64,000 nucleotides of DNA from Squalus acanthias (taxonomy: Eukaryota): positions 21,514,001-21,578,000 of the forward strand of contig CM059441.1 of assembly GCA_030390025.1 (NCBI GenBank), given 5' to 3'. This document shows positions 38,101 through 50,100 of this stretch, piece after piece. How positions within the stretch are numbered: position 1 is the stretch's first letter; every line of letters begins with the position of its first letter. The position numbers and the translations under genes are program-made. The notes beneath the pieces are model-generated. The model was not told the origin of the DNA, did not search any database, and saw nothing but the letters and a program-made list of their open reading frames with translations.

Positions 38101-41100
38101 TCCTTCAAACAGCAACATCATCAATATTACTGCACAGCCTCAAATAATCAGGGGAAAAAATCCAGTGAAATGGTTGACGTGTCAGTCTTCAACAGAGCAG
38201 GGAAGACCTGCAGTTATGTGACACAAATCAGCGACATTGGTAAGTGTTACTTTAAACAAACAAAGTGGTTAACAAATTTTTTTAATTAATGTCAATCCAT
38301 ACTGGTCGCTAGTTAATTACATTCAGTCACTGAGAGAAACTGCAAAAAAAATTGCATTTATATAGCACCTTTCACGACATCCCAAGGCACTTTACAGCCA
38401 ATGAAGTACTTGCAATGTGTAGGCATTGTTGCACTGTGTTTTTTGCTGTTTTTTACTGATGGTTGGTTGAGGGATAAATGTTGGCCAAGACACCGGGAGA
38501 ACTTTGCTGCTCTTATTCGAAATAATGCCATGGGAACTTTTATGTCCAGCTGAGAGGGCAGATGGCGTCTTGGTTTAATGTCTCACCTGAAAGACAGCAC
38601 CTCCAACAGTGCAGCACTCCCTCAGTACTGCACTGGAGTGTCAGCACAGATTATGTGCTCAATTCTCTGGACTGGGACTACGAACCCACAATCTACTGAA
38701 CCAGAGGTGAGGGTGCTACCACTGAGCCACAGCTGACACAATAACAATAATGACCATATTTCAAAAGTAAATCATTGGCTGTGAAGTGCTTTGGCACATC
38801 CTGAGGATGTGATAAGGCACTATATTAATGTTTTCTTTCATCACAAACTAGAAGGAATTCAACTGTATTAATAGATGGAGTGGAGAGATTCCTCTGTACA
38901 GAGTGGTAACTCTTATTAAAATGTATCTGTTTGTATTAAGCAGTTATTTCCTGTTCAATTTCTGAAATTTTGTCTCCTCATTTTCAGGTGCATTGTGGGC
39001 AAAAGATAATGTAACAGGAGTTGTGGGAAGAGCGATCACAATAGATTGTCACTATGACAAATCGAAGTACCAGTCACATGTGAAATATTGGTGTCATGGG
39101 ATGACTCACTGTTGTTCAGATTTAGTAAAAACAAATGGGCCACATGGAAGAATGTCCATCACAGATAACAAGACAGCAGGAATATTTGTTGTTACTATGA
39201 AGGATCTTCGCTCAGAAGATACAGGATGGTACAGCTGTGGTATTGAAAAATCTGGCATCAATCCAATGTTAGCTGTAGAGCTACAAATATCTTACGGTAC
39301 ATTTCTCAGCGATTTACTTTATTACTCTCGACTGAAATGTCTGATCAATGTTTTATCTGGGAGGAAACATGACAGCTCCGATATCCCGAGGCTCCGCAGC
39401 AGTGCAGAGTCTCACAGGTAGCGGGCAGAGGTCGGGAAATCCGACTCATGTTGCACATTCCCAATTCGTGGCCTGTCCAACTAGCTGACCAAGAATTTCA
39501 AGTATTATGGGACGAACAATTCCTTTAACTACAGGCTATTGCGCCAGACATCATGTGTGATGCTCACCACATTTTCCTGTCTCTGAATTGTATTAAATGT
39601 CACAATGTCAGATGTTTGCATTCAGACTAAAACTAATAGTCAGACAATAACAAAAGCAGTGAGCAGCAAGTCGTTACTAATGGTATGAATTCCTAGAAAA
39701 TAATAAAAATAGAATCAATCCACAGAGCTTAACAGGTTTCATAGGCTTCCTGATATGATGTGTGGCTCACATCATCAATGAGATACTTTGGTCTGCCGAA
39801 CAGTTTTCAACATTTCAAGCAAACTGAACTAGAATTGAAAAGCTAGGTCACGGTTTTAATGGTAAAGGAAGCCTCTTTATTAATTGTTGAGACAGTATCT
39901 TCCTCCCAAGCATAACCTCTGATGCATCAACTATTAAATACAACGGCCTGGATATTAACTTCGAGGCATGTCCGGGTCCGAACTGTTTTCGGGCCGTATC
40001 AAATTATCCAGCCTCTGTCTCCTATACCTTCTTCTGCCGTGACCTCTCCCCCCCACCCCCAACCAGCAATCGGCCAACTCCCACACCCCACGATCGGCTA
40101 ACCTCCCCCCCCCGCGATCTCCCCCTCCCTTCCTCGCTCCTCGCTGCCGTACACCGAGCATCAACCACCGATCTTCTAGCGCAGGCTTTCCCTCCCGGCA
40201 GCCGGCTCACCTCTCAATCTGGCCCACTGAGGGACGGGAAACGGCAGACAGGAATTCGAATGAGATCCTGCCGTTAAATTCGGCACGACATCCACCCTCC
40301 CGGCATTTCCAGGTTTCCCGACCACACACACGTTCACTCCCCGCCTCCTCGCAAATGTCGGGACCAAAGGATTCCTTTTCAGCTGCAGTTAACTGAAACA
40401 ATCACAATAACACTCCCGATCTAAAGACACTAAAATGTAACAGATATCTGCCAATTTTTTCCCTCATATTCGGCTGTGGTTTTCTAGGACTCTCTCCAAC
40501 TAATTAATGTTCGAGAGTCAAACAATTAAACAGCATTGGAGGCTGGCTACCTGCTACTGAGAGAAATTGTTAGCTCTGATTTTCCCGTTGACACATCCTC
40601 AGTATCATTGCTGCTGTTCTGATCGGGAGCCCTGCTATGTTCTGATATAATGGCAGACATGGTAGTTCAGGCTGCTCGGAGGGTGGAGAGACATGGAGAG
40701 GTAGATGTGCCGGTGAGATTCCAACATGGCAGGCCCTGGCTGAGATACAGAAGTGCTGAAAATTGGAGAGTATTTGATTTTTAGATGTTCAGTCAGTATC
40801 TGAATGTTTGTTTCTTTCCCACAGAATCCGTGTCAGTTCCTGTACTTAGATATTTATCGCCACCAAATGTCTCATGTTTTGGGGGCTCAGTGTCAGTCTC
40901 CTGTGAGTCTGTCCAGGGATCTCTTCCCATTCAGTACACATGGTACGAAAAGACCCCGTCTGAAGATTCAAAGATCTCTGACACCAATAAACTGGATCTA
41001 CATTGTCAATCCTTCAAACAGCAACATCATCAATATTACTGCACAGCCTCAAATAATCAGGGACAAAAATCCAGTGAAATGGTTAACGTGACAGTCTTCA

Positions 41101-44100
41101 ACAGGGCAGGGAAGAACTGCAGTTATGAGACACAAATCAGTGGCATTGGTAAGTGTTACTTTCAACAAATAATATCATGCGAGTCAGCAGAGAGTGCTGT
41201 GAGTTTGGGTCAGTGTGAGTTCGGGTCAGTGTGAGTTCGGGTGAGTGGGGTGTAGGGTGCTCTTTTCAAACTTTAACTCTGTGGGTTGTAGTTAATAAGG
41301 CCTTTCTGGTGCAGAGTGACTGTTGGTAAACCATTTAACTGGTGTAATTTAGAGGGATTGATTTAATTTAAATCCAATTAATTAAAGGGGATACAGGCAT
41401 CTATAATCGGGCAGAGAGTGTCCATAACTAACAATAAAAAATGTAATTAATTACATAGAATGGAGCAGGTGATGTGTTACTGTTGCGAGATGTGGGAGCC
41501 GGTGGACCCCATTGAGGCTCACGGTGATTACATCTGTGACAAGTGTCTGCTGCTACAGGAACTCCAGCTCCGTGTTGATGAGCTGGAGTCTGAGCTTCAG
41601 ACACTGCGACACATCAGGGAGGGGGAGAAGTACCTGGACTCTGTGTTTCAGGAGGTGGTCACACCTATGAAGTTAATTAATTCAGATGTAGCCCATGGTC
41701 AGGGACAGGACGGTGTGACTACGAGTGAGGCAGGTACGGGGATCCAGGAGGTAGTGTTGGAGGAGCCGCAGCCCTTGCTCTTGTCCAAAAGGTTCGAGGT
41801 TCTTACTCCCTGTGGGGACTGGAGCAGGGACTGCAGGGAGGATGAGCAACCTGGCCATAGCACTGTGGAACGGGGGGCCATTCAAGAGGGGGGAGTAAAT
41901 AGAAATGTTGTAGTGGTAGGGGATAGTATTATTAGGGGGATAGATAGAGTTCTCTGCAGCCGAGAGCGAGAGTCCCGTAGGCTGTGTTGCCTGCCAGGGT
42001 GCCAGGGTTAAGGACATCTCCTCTGGGCTGGAAAGAAACTTGCAGTGGGAGGGGGTGGATCCAGTTGTCGTGGTCCATGTTGGTACAAACGACGCAGATA
42101 GGACAAGGAAGCCGGTTCTGTTAAAGGAGTATGAGCAGCTAGGGGTCAAATTAAAAAACAGAACCTCAAGGGTAATAATCTCTGGATTATTACCTGAGCC
42201 ACGAGCGAATTTGGCTAGGACAAATAAAATTAGAGAGTTAAATGAGTGGCTCAAAGACTGGTGTGGGAGAAATGGGTTTTGCTTCCTGGGACACTGGCAC
42301 CAGTACTGGGGCAGGAGGGAGCTGTTCCGTTGGGACGGGCTTCACTTGGCCAGTGCTGGGACTAGAGTCCTGGTGGATCATATAACTAGGGCTGTAGAGA
42401 GGGCTTTAAACTAACTAGTGGGGGGGAGGTTCCTAGAGAGCAAATAATAAAAATGACAACAGAGAAGGTCATAGACTTAGGTAGCAGTGGGGAAATTAAA
42501 AACCAGAGTGTGTCAGGAAGGGGCAGAAGGTATGGAGTAAAAGGTAAAGTAATAAAAAGGGCAAAAGCAGGAACTAAGTGTCACAAAACATATTTGAAAG
42601 TTCTCTATCTGAATGCACGTAGCATTCGTAACAAAATAGACGAGTTAATGGCACAAATAACTACATATGAGTATGATCTTGTGGCCATTACAGAAACATG
42701 GCTGCAGGGTGACAATGCCTGGGAATTAAACATACCAGGTTATTTAACAATCAGGAAGGACAGGCAGGAAGGAAGGGGAGGTGGGGTGGCTATGTTAATA
42801 AAGGAAGGAATCACTGTAATACAGAGAAATGATACTGGGTCAAAAGATCAGGATAATGAAACAGTTTGGGTGGAGATAAGGAATAATAAGGGGAAAAAAA
42901 CACTAGTGGGCGTAGTCTATAGGCCTCCGAACAGTTGCAACTCTGTTGGACGGAGTATCAATCAGGAAATAGTTGAGGCTTGTCATAAGGGAACATCTAT
43001 AATTATGGGGGATTTTAACTATCATATTAATTGGACAAATCAAATTGGGCAGGGCTGCCTTGAGGATGAGTTAATTGAGTGTATTAGGGATGGGTTTCTT
43101 GAGCAGTATGTAACTGAACCGACCAGGGGGCAAGCAACCTTAGATCTGGTCCTGTGTAACGAGACAGGATTAATTAAAAATGTCCTAGTAAAGGATCCCC
43201 TTGGAATGAGTGACCATAACATGGTTGAATTCCATATTCAATTAGAGGGTGAGAAGGTTGGATCTCAAACAAGCGTGCTAAGCTTGAATAAAGGAGACTA
43301 TGAAGGTATGCGAGTGGAATTGAGTAGAGTGGATTGGGAAAATAGATTAAAGGGTAAGACGATACATGATCAGTGGTGTATATTTAAGGATCATGATGTG
43401 GAGATGCCGGCGTTGGACTGGGGTGGACAAAAATGAGAAGTCGCACAACACCAGGTTATAGTCCAACAGATTTATTTAATTAAATAAATCTGTTGGACTA
43501 TAACCTGGTGTTGTGCGACTTCTCATTTTTATATTTAAGGAGTTATTTTACAACTTCCAAAAAATATATATTCCACTGAGAAGAAAAGGGTGTAAAAGAA
43601 AAGACAGTCATCCGTGGCAAAGTAAAGAAATTAAGGATAGTATTCGACTAAAAACAAGAGCTTATAAGGTAGCCAAATCTAGTGGGAGGATAAGGATTGG
43701 GAAAACTTTAAAAGACAGCAAAAAATAACAAAAATTGATTAAGAAAGGGAAGATAGATTATGAAAGTAAATTAGCAAAATATATAAAAACAGATAGTAAG
43801 AGTTTTTATAGTTATATAAAAAAAAAGGGTGGCTAAAGTAAATGTTGGTCCCTTAGAGAATGAGACTGGGAAATTAATGGTGGGAAATATGGAGATGGCA
43901 AAAACACCGAATGAATATTTTGTATCAGTCTTTACAGTAGAGGACACTAAGAATATCCCAACACTGGACAAACAGGGGGCTATAGGGGGGGAGGAGCTAA
44001 ACACGATCAAAATCACTAAGGAAGTGGTACTCGGTAAAATAATGGGACTCAAGGCGGATAAATCACCTGGACCTGATGGCTTACATCCTAGGGTCTTGAG

Positions 44101-47100
44101 GGAAGTGGCGGTAGGGATTGTGGATGCATTGGTAATAATTTTCCAAAACTCCCTGGACTCAGCAAAGATCCCGGCAGACTGGAAAACTGCTAATGTAACA
44201 CCCTTATTTAAAAAGGGCAGTAGACAGAAGGCTGGAAACTATAGACCAGTTAGCCTAACATCTGTGGTAGGTAAAATTTTGGAGTCCATTATTAAGGAGA
44301 CAGTAACGGGACATTTGGATAATCATAATTTAATAGGACAAAGTCAGCATGGTTTTATGAAGGGGCAGTCATGTTTGACAAATTTGCTGGAGTTCTTTGA
44401 GGAAGTAACATACAGGGTGGATAAAGGGGAACCAGTGGATGTGGTGTATTTAGACTTCCAAAAGGCATTTGACAAGGTGCCACACAAAAGATTATTGATT
44501 AAAATAAAAAATCACGGGATTGGGGGTAATATTCTGGCATGGATAGAGGATTGGCTATCTAACAGAAGGCAGAGAGTTGGGATAAATGGTTCATTCTCAG
44601 ACTGGCAATCAGTAACTAGTGGTGTTCCGCAGGGGTCAGTGCTGAGGAGGGGGCCGAGTGTAACATATCAAAGTTTGCAGATGATACTAAGATGGGAGGG
44701 AAAGTAGTGAGTGAGGAGGACAGAAAAAATCTGCAAGGGGACATAGACAGGCTAAGTAAGTGGGCAGAGATTTGGCAGATGGAATACAATACTAGAAAGT
44801 GTGAGGTTATGCACTTTGGCAGGAAAAATAGTAGAGCAAGTTATTATCTAAATGGCAAGAAACTGGAAAGTACTGAAGTACAAAGGGATCTGAGGGTCCT
44901 GGTGAACGAAACTCAAAAGGTTAGTATGCAGGTGCAGCAAGTGATTAAGAAGGCAAATGGAATGTTGGCTTTCATTGCTAGGGGGATAGAATATAAAAAT
45001 AGGGAGGTATTGCTTCAGTTGTACAAGGTATTGGTGAGACCGCACCTGGAATACTGCATACAGTTTTGGTGTCCATACTTAAGAAAAGACATACTTGCTC
45101 TCGAGTCAGTACAAAGAAGGTTCACTCGGTTAATCCCGGGGATGAGGGGATGGACATATGAGGAGAGGTTGGGTAGATTGGGACTCTACTCATTGGAGTT
45201 CAGAAGAATGAGAGGCGATCTTATTGAAACATATAAGATTGTGAAGGGGTTGGATCGGGTGGATGCGGGGAGGATGTTCCCGATGATGGGTGAAACTAGA
45301 ACTAGGGGGCATAGTCTTAGAATAAGGGGCTGCTCTTTCAAAACTGAGATGAGGAGGATCTACTTCACTCAGAGGGTGGTAGGTCCATGGAATATGCTGC
45401 CCCAAAAAGCTGTAGAAGCTACATCATTACATAAATTTAAAACAGAAATAGACAGTTTCCGAGAAGTAAAGGGAATTAAGGGTTACGGGGAGCAGGCAGG
45501 AATTTGGACATGAGTCTAGGTTCGGATCGGTCATGGCCCTGTGGGTAGCGTAGCGGGCCCGGGGGCCGTGTAGCCTGATCCTGCTCCTATTTTGTGTGTC
45601 CAATTCTGTTAGATTCAGGAGATGGTTCTGTGATAGTAGATGAATTTTTTAAATTAATGTTTATCCAAACTGGTCGCTAGGTAATTACATAGGATTACAT
45701 AGGATATACGGCACAGAAACTGGCCATTCGGACCAATCAGTCCATGCCGGCGTTTATGCTTCACTTGAGCCTCCTCCCGTCTTTCCTCATCTAACTCTAT
45801 CAGCATAACCCTCTATTCCCTTTTCCCTCATATGCTTGTCTAGCCTCCCCTTAAATGCATCTATACTATTCGCTTCAACCACTGCCTGTGGTAGCGAGTT
45901 CCACATTCTCACCACTCTCTGGGTAAAGAACTTTCTTCTGAATTCAATATTTGATTTTTTAGTGACTATCTTATATTGATGGCCTCTAGTTATGCTCTTC
46001 CCCACAAGTGGAAACAGTCTCTCTGTATCCACTCTATCAAAATCTTTCATAATTTTAAAGACCTCTATTAGGTCACCCCTCAGCCTTTTTTCAAGAGAAA
46101 AGAAACCCAGACAGTTCATCCTTTCCTGATATGTATACCCTCACATTTCTGGTATCATCCTTGCAAATCTTCTCTGGTTTGTGATTTTTTAAAATTAATG
46201 TCTATCCAAACTGGTTGCTGGTTAAGTTCTTTCAGTCTCTCAATTATGAACTAGGCCACTGATTTGCATGTTTCATGGAAAATGGACGGAATCATAAAAT
46301 ATGATCCTAAAACATGCGTAAACATTGCAGAAAGTCCAGTAATCCCATGAGATTAAAATTGAATGTGATTGACTGAGTCTTCATAAACTAACCTGACGAT
46401 TTCATAGAATCATAGAAATTTACGGCACAGAAGGAGGCCATTCTAGCCGATGGAATTGTGAACTGCAACCGCCAACCTGTTGTGTCCTAGTTTAGGAGGG
46501 ATGTCAAGGGTAGAGTGCAGAAGAATTGAACTAAAATGATACCCGGGCTGAGATGTTTTAGTTAAGAGGAGAGAAAATTATTAGGGGTTTTGATAAGGTA
46601 AGTTGGGACTAACTATTTCCACTAGTCAGTGAGCCAGCAACTAGAGGGCATAAATTTAATATCATCACCAAAAGGACAAAGGGAGAAGTTAGGAGAATGT
46701 TCTTGGTGCCAATGGTTATTAGGGAATGGGACTAAGTGGGGAGCTCTTTCATCTACACACAAAGGGTGGTAGAAGCCTGGCACTCTCTTCCGGAAACGGC
46801 AATTGATGCTAGATCAATTGTTAATTTAAATCTGAGATTGTTAGCTTTTTGTTAACCAAAGGTATTAAGGGATATGGGCCAAAGGCGGGTATATGGAGTT
46901 AGATCACAGATCAGCCTTGATCTCCTTGAATGGCGGAACAGGCTCGAGGGGCTGAATGGCCTCCTCCTGTTCCTATGTTCCTAGAGGCCAGCATAAGAGC
47001 GATGGGCTGAATTTCCTTCTTCTGTGCTTTAAAATTCTATGATTCCAAATTACCAGCCAGAATCTCAGAATTCCATGTACTAAAAACTGAATTACTCAGT

Positions 47101-50100
47101 CACCGTAAAGCAATGACCCTGGTTCTGACTTAAGAAGGACTTTAGACTATTTAAATGTAGCGGTTTAATTTTCCGCAGAGTGGGAAGCAACATGCTCACC
47201 ATTGGTTGTGTTGAGAAACATCAAAACGGTTAGAAAACAAAGAGAAATGCATTTTCTCCTGAGCAGTTATACATATAAATTAACACATGCAAATATTGAC
47301 TGCGGCTGTATGCTGATGTGGTCACTTGCTTTATCTGTTGAGAAGAAGGATGTCAGCAGCAGGTAGAAATTTCACCTGTAATCTGCATTTGTACTGTAGG
47401 TGTCAGCAGTGGCTCAGTTGCTAGCGCTCTTGCCTCTGATACCAGTAGGTTGTGGGTTCAAAGCCTGCTCCAGAGATATAATTCAGGCTGAAACCACTGA
47501 CCAGCACTGAGGTAGTGCTACACTGTTGGAGGTGCTGTTGCCTAGATGAGACCTTAAACTGAGGACCCATCTGCCCCCTCAGGTAGAAGTGAAAGATCCC
47601 ACAGGCACTCTTCAAAGGAAAATAGGTAAATTTTCCTGTGTGTCCTGGCAAGCATTCATCTCTCAACCAACGTCATTAGAAAATAGATGATCAGATGATT
47701 TATCATATTGCTGTTTGAGGGACCTTGCTGTGGGCAAATTAGCTTCCGCGTTTCCCTATATTACAACCGTGACTACACTTCAAAAAAGTACTTCATTGGT
47801 GGTGAAGCACTTTGGGACATCCTGAGAATGTGGAAGATGCTGTATCAATGCGAGTTATTTCTTAGATTTTGAAACAAATTATTTACTTGAAACACACCTG
47901 AGCCAATGATCTGAGTGCTCACTGGAGGTGGGGAGCCTCTCCCGCCAGCAACACCGATCACTATAATTAAATGGACAGAAAATCGCTGGCAGGATTTTAC
48001 TGCCCCAATAGTAACTCTGTGCCACCAACTCTCAGATATGGGAAAGAAACAGAAATTATCAGTAAAAATGGGCCACGGCCAGGTGTCAGCAGCATCTCTC
48101 CTTGCTACCAGAGAGGGGGAAATTACACAGGAATTAAATCATCCAAATCCATTATATCAACCAGGCTTTTACTCAAGTAATGAGGCTCCATTTGACAATA
48201 GTGCTCTCTTGGTTGACTACAAGTGAAAATGAGGTGAATCTGAATTTTATTCCCTTGTTTCAATAGGACCTGAATATTCTTGTGAAGTTTTTTCAACAGT
48301 ATCACCAACAACTACACATTCCACAAGTACAAATATAATTTCCACTGATAATCGAAACCAAACTTCAGGATCCAAATCGCCGAGCAGGTACAATGTTCTC
48401 ATTGCTGGTGTTTTGATTGGCACTGCTTCCATGTGAGAGATTAAATGTTCTTTAATAATTTTATCATAAGGGGTGAAAATCATTTATTATTTCGGAATGT
48501 AGCTCATCAGAATGAAAATGGTGGCTGGGTTTACATCATGCTGTTGTGTTAGCTTCCGAACGAAGGTGCTATCTTTGTTGGTAGGAAATACGAATAAGAA
48601 GTAAGCACCTCCATTTTGCCGCCCCTCAGATGGTGCTCCTTGCAGTATTCACCATGATTACTTCACCACTAACCTAACCTCATGCCGACATCTGTTCTGG
48701 TGTGGCACTGATAGAAAAGTTTCTGCTGGTGAAAGGGAGCAATCACAGCGATATATCTGCACAGCCCTTGATATCACTAGTGAGCGACATCTTGCAGCTT
48801 TGGTCCAATTCTCAGTGTCGGTCACTACAACTGCAGGAAGTTTCTTTTCTTAAAATGTGTTCCTGGGAGGTGGGCAATGCTGACAAGGTCACATTTATTG
48901 CCCGTCGCTAGTTGCCCTGAGAAGGTGGTGCTGGGCCTTCTTCTTGATCTGCTGGCCAATGGTGTTAAGTAAGAAATTCCATGATTTTGAGTTAATAACA
49001 ATAAAGAAACAACAGTATAGTTCCAAGCCAGAAAAGTGTGTAACTTTGAGGAGGTGGTGTTCTCATGATGTTGGATGTCTTGCCCTTTTTGGCGGTACAG
49101 GCCATTGGGCTCAGAGGTGATTTTAAGTTAAGCTGGGAAAGTATTTTTTTAATTGATTCTCAGGATGTGGGCGTTGCTGCATTGTGTCCTGTAGATAGTA
49201 GGCACTGTAGCCACCGTGCGCCAGCGGTGGAGGGGGTGGATATTGAACTCAGTGGCAGGGCACTGACCATATGGACTGCTTTGTCTTAAATAGTGGTGAA
49301 CCTCTTGAATATTGTTACAGCTGCACCCATCCAAGGTGAGTATTCCATCACACTCCTAACTTGAGCACTGCAGATGATGGAGAGACTTTCAGAGATCAGG
49401 GGGTGGGTGAGCCACTCGTTGCAGAGTACCCAGCATCTGCCCTGCTTTTGTAGCCACAGTGTTGGCGTGGCTGGTCCAGTTAAGCTTCTGGGCAATAGCG
49501 ACCCCTAGGATGTTGATGGCAGGAGACTCGTTTTTAGTGGTGCCCCTTTAAGTCAGGGCTTGGAGAAGGTTTTCTCCAATTCATATTCTCTGGCTATATA
49601 TTTCACCCAATGTGTTTGGATGTAAATACTCAATTAACATAACTCACTTCTCATTTCTGTATTATTAGCCCAAGCTGTAGGCAATAAGCAACAGAAATTG
49701 TAGCCCAATGTAAACACTAAGGAATTGGGTCTTTGAAGTTACAACAGTAATAAGGTATTGTCATCAGGTATTCTTTTGTTCTGTTTTTATTATATGAAAC
49801 TTACCACGCTTTAAACATGGCTCAGTGTTAGCACACACGCCTTCTGAGTCAGAAGGATTGTGGGTTCATAGTCCCACTCCAGAGGCTTGAGCACAAAAAT
49901 CTAGGCAGATACTCCAGTACATTACTGAGGGAGTGCTGCGCTGTCAGAGGTGCCATCTTTCAGATGAGACGTTAAACCCAGGCCTCATCGGCCCTCTCAG
50001 GTGGACGGAACAGATCCTGTGGCAATTTCTGAAGAAGAGCATGGGAGTTCTCCCTGGAGGCCTGGCCAATGTTTATCCCTTAACCAATATCACTAAAAAA

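Larger units (their letters stand above)
34957..41170 (+). repeat. Intragenic tandem duplication of a V exon + intron + C2 exon cassette (copy A ~34957-38340, copy B ~38757-41170)
   Basis: Near-identical intron blocks (34957-35182 vs 38757-38987; 35507-35762 vs 39297-39552; 37520-37915 vs 40353-40824) and paralogous exons. Confidence 0.92.

Noticed and set aside
35183-39296. Rearranging Ig/TCR/IgNAR V segments
   Set aside because: The V exons include the G strand, end in splice donors, and have no adjacent heptamer/nonamer. The cysteine pattern is CD300/pIgR-like.
47400-47480. tRNA genes at SINE heads and at the LTR GGTTCGA hairpins
   Set aside because: No full cloverleaf. The SINE heads run on into SINE body and tail.
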